Shown here: positions 49,808 to 56,566 of the stretch, piece by piece
Position numbering within the stretch: position 1 is the stretch's first letter
Layout: each line of letters opens with the position of its first letter
Assembly (NCBI RefSeq): GCF_001194135.2
Contig: NC_068991.1
Coordinates: forward strand, 7,757,806-7,814,371
DNA length: 56,566 bases
From: Octopus bimaculoides
Lineage: Eukaryota
Reading direction: 5' to 3'
Position numbers and translations under genes: made by a program
Notes under the pieces: generated by a model
Seen by the model: only the letters and a program-made list of their open reading frames with translations
Database searches by the model: none
Told to the model about the DNA's origin: nothing

Positions 49808-50008
49808 ATGGACAGCGCACTTTCCTACTTCGCTCAGTATCTGTGCAACTTGGAGAAATTTGATGAATTCAAAAATTGGCTTGATAACTTGATCAAGTCT
49901 AAACCATTGTTATTTGAAGAGCTAAAAGAGGACGAAGATTTCATATTTTGTATTATTAGTTTACGAATTCACGAAGAAAAATTCTGCGAAGCTTTTGAAC
50001 TAATTGAG
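49808..50008 (+). CDS. SIX-domain/TALE homeobox gene exon 1 (MDSALSYFAQYLCNLEKFDEFKNWL...EKFCEAFELIE)
   Basis: 67 codons, GAG|gtaagt donor; resembles the first half of the SIX domain (..L.RFL....NESVL.A.A...FH.GNF.ELY.ILE). Confidence 0.8.
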
Positions 50009-51935
50009 GTAAGTCTTATCAGCTTATAATGACATTAACATTTTTTTTTAATGTTCAAATGATGTCTTTGGCAATCGGGACGAAATGGAGAAATCAGTTG
50101 ATGTCTCTAGTGTCGTTCTCATAGAAAACTTCCCATTATCAGCTTGATACTATAATGATATTGTTCCTGCCCATTAGTTACATCGATGCAAATTAGCTTT
50201 ATTAATAATATTCTCCCGATTTATTTGAAACTAAGGTGCTCGCTCATTTAAAAATGGCGTACATCTTCTTTCAATGTATGTTTCTTGTAACTAAAATATC
50301 AACACTTTTCTAATTTCCTCGCTCAATTTAAACATTGCAAACTGATTTCTTCCTATTGCTCTTCAAATTGTGACGATCAAGTCGTTTTTATTCGGGTTTT
50401 AAAAAAGCATTTTGTTTATATTAATTTAAAAATTGCTTTACGTTTCTTTTACATAATGAGAAACTGGGAGCCTCCTATGGCGATTTCTCAGAATCCTGTC
50501 CAATTCATTATTCGTTTTTATTCACTAATTAAAAAAAAAAAAGGTCCCTCATTGCAACTTCTTATGGTAATAGTATTTAGCGTTCCTAAATAAATAGAAC
50601 ATTCTCTCATTCTTTTGCGTTTCAATCTTTTATTTGTCTGCGGCCATGGTGAGGGGCACCTGCCGCAAATGTTTAGTTGACCATATTGAACCCATTATTT
50701 AATTTTTCGATATCTATTTGTTGAACTGCTAGATTACGGGGCATAAAGAGACAAAACATAAACAAAGGCACGTATACACACACCTACACTAAACCTCAGA
50801 ACTCCTTAACCAAACAATAATGTTGGCGCATATTCTTTTTCATTTATTGCCTGTGATTTCCATATTGCTTTCTTACTGAGACAACAAAATAATATTAACG
50901 ATTAATGATTTTTAAAACGCATGAAAGGCAATTTAGTCCCACCGCCCAAGAGAGCATTCTTGTAGAATCGAGTTGGAAATTATTTAGTCTGCTAAAAACC
51001 GTAATTTCTTGTGATCTCTATGTTTTAAGTATCGTAGATTACGAATCTATAAAAGCTAATTTAAAAAAAAAGACATTTTAAACATCTAAGATTATGATTC
51101 CTTAAAATTACGTGTAACAATTCTGAAGAAAAGAAATCGAAAAAGAGTCAAAACTGAAAAATTATGGAAGGAGAGGGAAATCTTCCTTTTTTGCAGATTC
51201 ATAAAAATTACGGCTTTTGGTGTCCCGCATAATTTCCGACGCTATTCTACAGAAAGACCACCCCCTAGCAAATAAATTTGTGTCTACGAATTCTTTAAGA
51301 CTCAACAGAGCAATCGAACTATTTCACCCCTGCGTAACAACACACTGGTATTGTATTCCTCCGCCGCTAGCTTTTAAAGGGTAGAGGAACGCAGTACCAG
51401 TGTGTTGTTACGCAGGAGCGAAATAGACTACCCTGCTACTAGGTCATGTCCTGACTTCGTGATTTGGGAATATTTTGTAAAACGACTAAGAACGATTGCA
51501 ATGTTTACAATTCAAATTGTGTGGGAGTGCTTCGTATGTCGTAATGGAAAAACAAATGAGTGAAAAATAATTGAATTGATGCGAAATATTTTTCCAATTT
51601 CAATTTGCTGGTCTCGGCGCAGGCGTGGCTATGTGATTAAGATGCTTGCTTCCCAACTATGTGGTCTTGGGTTCAGTCCCACCGTGCGGGTCTTGGGTTC
51701 AGTCCCACCGTGTGGTCTTGGGTTCAGTCCCACCGTCTCACAATGCCTAAACGAAATATCAAAACACAACATTGGTATATGTATAGAATAGAGTCGGAAA
51801 AAGCTTTGCAGTATTTTATTAAATTAAGATGTGAGTTTTATTGTAGGTTGTAATTACTGTAGAAGAGTACGGGTTGACAAAATAGTCTGTACTTGGTCGT
51901 TTGACTTGCTAGAAATAGCAGCTAAATCTCCCCTA

Positions 51936-52217
51936 GGCGATCTTTCGGTACTAGATCCCGTAACTTCCGGTCGTTGTGCGCACGCATACTGAATACATTA
52001 TCGTATAGTGTGTTTATGTTTTTAAATGACTTGAAAATATGAAAACACAACATTAAATAGAAAAAAAAAAATGAATGGCCCACTAAACTCAAACCTTCTC
52101 CCCTCAGATTCATACAGTTCCCAAACTTTAAACACATAAACATACTATACGATAATGTAATCAATATGCGTGTGCACAACGACCGGAAGTTATGGGATCC
52201 AGTACCGAAAGATCGCC
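51936..52217. mobile_element. MITE-like element with ~90-bp TIRs in intron 1 of the SIX/TALE gene
   Basis: 51936-52026 is the reverse complement of 52127-52217 with few mismatches. Confidence 0.7.
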
Positions 52218-52582
52218 CTGTGAAACCATGTCCAGCCATGGGGAAATATCTTGTTTGAAATAGGTGAGATTTGGTGATAGGAAAAGCATCATGGATCTAG
52301 TCGGTTTGGCTGCCAGCATCTATTCTGTTCGAACTGATTTCATATTCAGTGTAATGATACACTTTTATTGGCTAATGAATGATGTAAAAATCATTTTCGC
52401 TATAAATCAATAAATAACTAGTTATTAGCAATTTGATAATTTTAGCCAATTGTAAGCCACATTCATGCCTATTTCCATAGTAACAAGCAGAGCATGAGAA
52501 CTCTTTTGTCTCTTCTTTCTGAATTCAGCCAGTTTTCGTTTGTCGTTATTGCATACTTTTTAAGAAATGATTTCTTTTACAG

Positions 52583-52704
52583 AATGGAAAATTTACAAAC
52601 CCAGAAAGATTTATTTCACTTTGGGATAAAGCTCACTATAAATTAAAAGAAAAAGAAAAAGGTTATCCGTTAACCTCGCTTCTGCGTTTCAGGAGCAGAA
52701 AAAA
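52583..52704 (+). CDS. SIX-domain/TALE homeobox gene exon 2 (NGKFTNPERFISLWDKAHYKLKEKEKGYPLTSLLRFRSRK)
   Basis: ttttacag| acceptor, AA|gtaagt donor; LWxKAHYxxxEKxxGxPL...YRxRxK hallmark of the SIX domain. Confidence 0.9.
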
Positions 52705-53099
52705 GTAAGTTATGTTGTCTATTTCCTTTTGGCATTTTGATACTTGTTTCTGAATCTCTCCAGGTCATTGCTCGCTGAGATGTAACAGATTCTTACTGAG
52801 GTATGCAAACAAGGTAGGCATAGGCTGTTTTGGGGAGTGGATTTCTTCGAGAGAGAACATGAGAAAATAATCAACCCCAGTACTACTGGATTGGTACTTT
52901 AGTTATCAACCTCAAAAGAATGAAACACAAAATTGACCATGGAAGGATTTGAACTTGGAGTGCTCACAGTCAGATTGAATACCATAAGGCATTCTGGCTG
53001 ATGTTCTAATAATACTACCAAGGCACCATGTATGCACATGCACCAGTCCACATATATATTTATACATATACACACATATTTAGTATATAAAATGATGTC

Positions 53100-53340
53100 C
53101 TATGCAAGGGGTTGGATTGAAGAGAGGAAAACACAGCAGAACTGGTGGAAAGCATCTTCAAATGCAGTCACTGCCTTTAAGACTGCTACTCCCATGTGAG
53201 CCTGTGCAGCCACAGCAGACACTCTCGTGTGAGCCTGTGCAACCACAGTAGACACTGCACTGCTATCAACAGCTGACACAAAATTCTCCAGACACAGATC
53301 CATGGTCTTTGGTTTTTCAAAACCAACAGTTTCCATAAAC
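53100..53340 (+). mobile_element. RTE-type LINE 3' remnant with internal ~33-bp duplication
   Basis: FKCSHCL*DCYSHVSLCSHSRHSRVSLCNHSRHC frame. Confidence 0.55.
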
Positions 53341-53916
53341 AGACAGATAAATAGATATAGATAGTAGTACATGATGATAGTTTCAAATTTTGGTACACTG
53401 CCAACAATTTAAAGGGAGGAAAATAGGTGATTATATTTATTCCAGTGTTCATCTGGTACTTATTGTACTTATTTTATTGATCCTGAAAAAAGTGAAAGGC
53501 AAAGTTGACCTTGGCGGAATGTGAAATCAGAATGTTAAGAGGTGATTTTGCAATTGTAATATACCATAAAAGCTTCTTTTTTTTTTCCGCAATGGGAACA
53601 GTTAAACTCTTCCTTTCAATCCACTTGAAACAGTTTTTGATGACAAATATTAACCCAACTCTACTAATTGTTCTGCGGCCCTTTACCAGTTCTGTCTTTT
53701 TTGTTACAAAATGGTGTAACACAATATAGAACACAACTGTAGGATCTGTTATTACTGTGCGATATAAAATGGAGAAGTGATGTATTGTACAATATAGGAA
53801 TTTGAAATCATTTATCCTTTTGTCTTTCAAAAACTATCATTTCTTCCTGTGGTTTTAAACACCATATGACAATTCTACAGTAATATTAATTGATTTTTTT
53901 GTTCTTTTTTGACTAG

Positions 53917-54806
53917 ACATCCACCACCTAAAAGTATTTGTCCAAGTGGTAAGAGGCCTTCAAGTAACTTACCTGAACATGCTCGTCAAACATTAAAACA
54001 GTGGTTTGATAAACATGCTGATTATCCTTATCCAAACGAAAATGAAAAAAAACAATTGGTGGAACAGAGTGGTTTGATATTATCTCAAGTGAAGACTTGG
54101 TTTGCCAATACCAGACGTAGAAAAAAGATAACAGCACCAAAATCAAATTTAAAATATGGAAAGATTATGAAAAATTACCATCAGTATAATTGCTCCTCAC
54201 AAATATTAACTGATGATGTTCATTATGCTTTAGATACTTCTATGAAGAAAGTTGGGTTGTATCCTGATGAAGAGAATGTTGGTCAGATAAAGATGGCTAA
54301 TAAAAAACTACAGGACCAGTGTTTGTTTAAAGTTGAAGAATCTGGAAATATTTATAAAGAAGATGATATTATTTCAAAAGAGATAGAACAAAATAAAGAA
54401 CATGGTTACTGCTTAGAAAATAAAGAAATGAAAATCAAGTCAGACACAGAAGATTCTCATGAAACAAAGCAATTAAATTCAATATTATTTGAAAATGCTT
54501 ATCTTGTTTTACAAACCCAAAACTTTGACATTCCAAAAGAAAACAATTTTTGTCACTTTGTTTCTGAGCAGAATGTAGATACTGTCGGAAATGCTTGTAA
54601 TACTTATAACTTACCAATAGATGGTGAATATCCCGATAATTTGAACATCCTTCAGAATTGTGCAGAAATTAAAAGCATTGAAAATGATTTATTTCCAAAT
54701 GAAAGCAGTGAAGCTGTTACTTTTATTCCAAATGACACAGTTTTGATGCCAAATATTAACCCAACTCTGCCAGTCACTCTGTGGCAATTGCCACTTCTAC
54801 CTCCAG
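53917..54806 (+). CDS. SIX-domain/TALE homeobox gene exon 3: homeodomain (~53948-54136) plus Asn/Glu-rich region; unspliced reading ends at TAG 54850
   Basis: gactag| acceptor in phase with exon 2; WFDKHADYPYP TALE loop, QVKTWFANTRRR helix 3; donor G|gtttga at 54807. Confidence 0.9.
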
Positions 54807-55567
54807 GTTTGAATTTATTCTATTTTAATATTTCTTGTAATATATCTTAGTCTTTGATTCAAATAAACAATTTACTTCCCTTAAAAAGTGGTAAACTTAT
54901 TTACAAAATATTTTTTCATGTTTTTCATTCAGTTTTATTTCTCTCAGTGCTTTTTCTTTAGATCTCTAAGATTTTTCCTCATTTAACCTTGATTAAGTTC
55001 TTTTCCTGGATCAACTACCTTTCATCTTCCGGGAGGCAGGGGGCGATGAAATAAGAACCAGTCAAGAGCTCATTATCCTTCTCCTCTTCATCATCATTTA
55101 ATGTCTGTTTTCCATGCTGGCATAGGTTTGGACAATATGACAGGAATTGGCAAGGCCAGTACCCACACCAAGTTCCATAGTCTGATTTGGCTTGGTTTCT
55201 ACAACTGGATGCCTTTCCTAATGCCAACCACAAATTGAACTGGATGCTTTTTACGTGGCACCAGAGTTGATATAATTGCTTATATCTCTCACTTCAAATT
55301 TGGGATCTTGTGTCTGTGGGATATGAGCTGTTTTGACACAGACCTTTTGGCACCACCTATTTTGGTGGCATTTATTCAGTGCTGACTTATTTGACATCTA
55401 CATTATGCATAACTGATTTACACAAACATTTACTTTCATTAAAAATAAACACTACTACTAATAAATATTTTGCTAAATTTCATGATCCTTTTAGTAAAGT
55501 ATTTATTTACTCCATATATTTTTCTCATTGCTGTCTTTTATATTGTCACATTTTGCTCAATATCTAG

Positions 55568-55851
55568 ATTGCCTGATGCCTTTTACCAACCAGAATATCA
55601 CCACAAACTCAAATTGGCAGACACCTGACAATTGTAAATTTATTTCTGACCTTAACAATACTTCATTTATTCACTGTGACCAAACCTCTCAATGTGCTGA
55701 TAGTAAGCAGTTCGTTCCTGATACACCCAGAAAAAACAGCCAACAGACAGAATATGATGTTTCAGATAATGCAAGGAACATGATGTCACATGAAATGTTG
55801 AATAATTCACATCAAGATAACGAAGATCCAAATATACATAATATAAAGTAA
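55568..55851 (+). CDS. SIX-domain/TALE homeobox gene probable exon 4 (DCLMPFTNQNITTNSNW...EDPNIHNIK*)
   Basis: atctag| acceptor, G+AT=D restores a 94-codon open frame; ends at TAA 55849-55851 or at overlapping donor AA|gtaagt. Confidence 0.6.
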
Positions 55852-56204
55852 GTAGTTTTCAATCAATTTCTTTTTTTAATTTTTTTTATCAATTTCATTA
55901 ACATCAAACCGTCTAGGTTTAGTAGTTAGGTTGTTACACTCACAACCACAAGATTGTAGCTTTGATTCTCAAAGACAACTACAACAACAACAACAAATTC
56001 AGACTTTAAAAAAAAATGTAAGAAAACTGAAGAAAACTTTACACATTATAGGTGGTGCCTTGTGTTCTTGAGCAGAACACTTCATTTCACATAACTCCCT
56101 TCCATTTACATGTAGATGAGTAACCTCTGCGATGGACTAGCATCCTATCCAGTGGGAAAGGTTGTGATCTCATTCACTTATACACCATGGAAACAAAGTC
56201 CTAG

Positions 56205-56566
56205 TACAGTTCTATATTTAAGAGATGAGGAATTATTTACATTATTTACATTATCTACATTTGACGGATATTCAAATGTGAAAGCAGTGATTAATGTAAG
56301 TAGCCGACGTCTGGAAGACTCCGAAGAAGCCGTACTGAACAAAGGTCTCAACTTTGTGACAACCATCAAGCGCATTCCATACTTGGACATAATAGCCCCT
56401 ATTGAAGAGATAGCGGTAAAGATACCGAAAGCTCAGGGAGATGAACTAAGGTGGAAGGTGAGACAGGTACTGGAGAAAGCGAAACTTCCCAAACCAAACA
56501 TCACTAAGGAAGAAAAGTTCGCTATCAAAAGGCTACAAGGAGACAGTTCCATCATAGTTCTCCCAG
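56205..56566 (+). mobile_element. Penelope-like retroelement ORF, N-terminal part, runs off window
   Basis: Stop-free frame VINVSSRRLEDSEEAVLNKGLNF...PKPNITKEEKFAIKRLQGDSSIIVLP, the typical pre-RT segment of Penelope elements (followed by ADKG). Confidence 0.85.

Overview
AT-rich, repeat-dense eukaryotic genomic DNA with five N-gaps. The SINE and microsatellite content and gene sequences suggest an octopus/cephalopod (inference). Three protein-coding genes were reconstructed by hand from splice sites, reading phase and recalled homology. (1) A multi-exon LRGUK orthologue (+, ~22565-39602), with a palindromic RFX X-box at its 5' end, one U12-type intron and a guanylate-kinase domain lacking the P-loop lysine. 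(2) DCLRE1B/Apollo (-, 42491-44749), with its whole CDS in one exon. (3) A four-exon gene (+, 49808-55851) joining a SIX-type N-terminal domain to a TALE-type homeodomain (WFAN, Ala50), resembling ANHX; this is the most unusual object here. The first 22 kb holds no confident gene. The rest is tRNA-derived SINEs, (ATG)n-tailed RTE-type retroposon ends, LINE, Tc1/mariner and Penelope remnants, degenerate hammerhead-ribozyme motifs, several long inverted repeats and microsatellites. No searches were run; all homology calls come from recalled family motifs.
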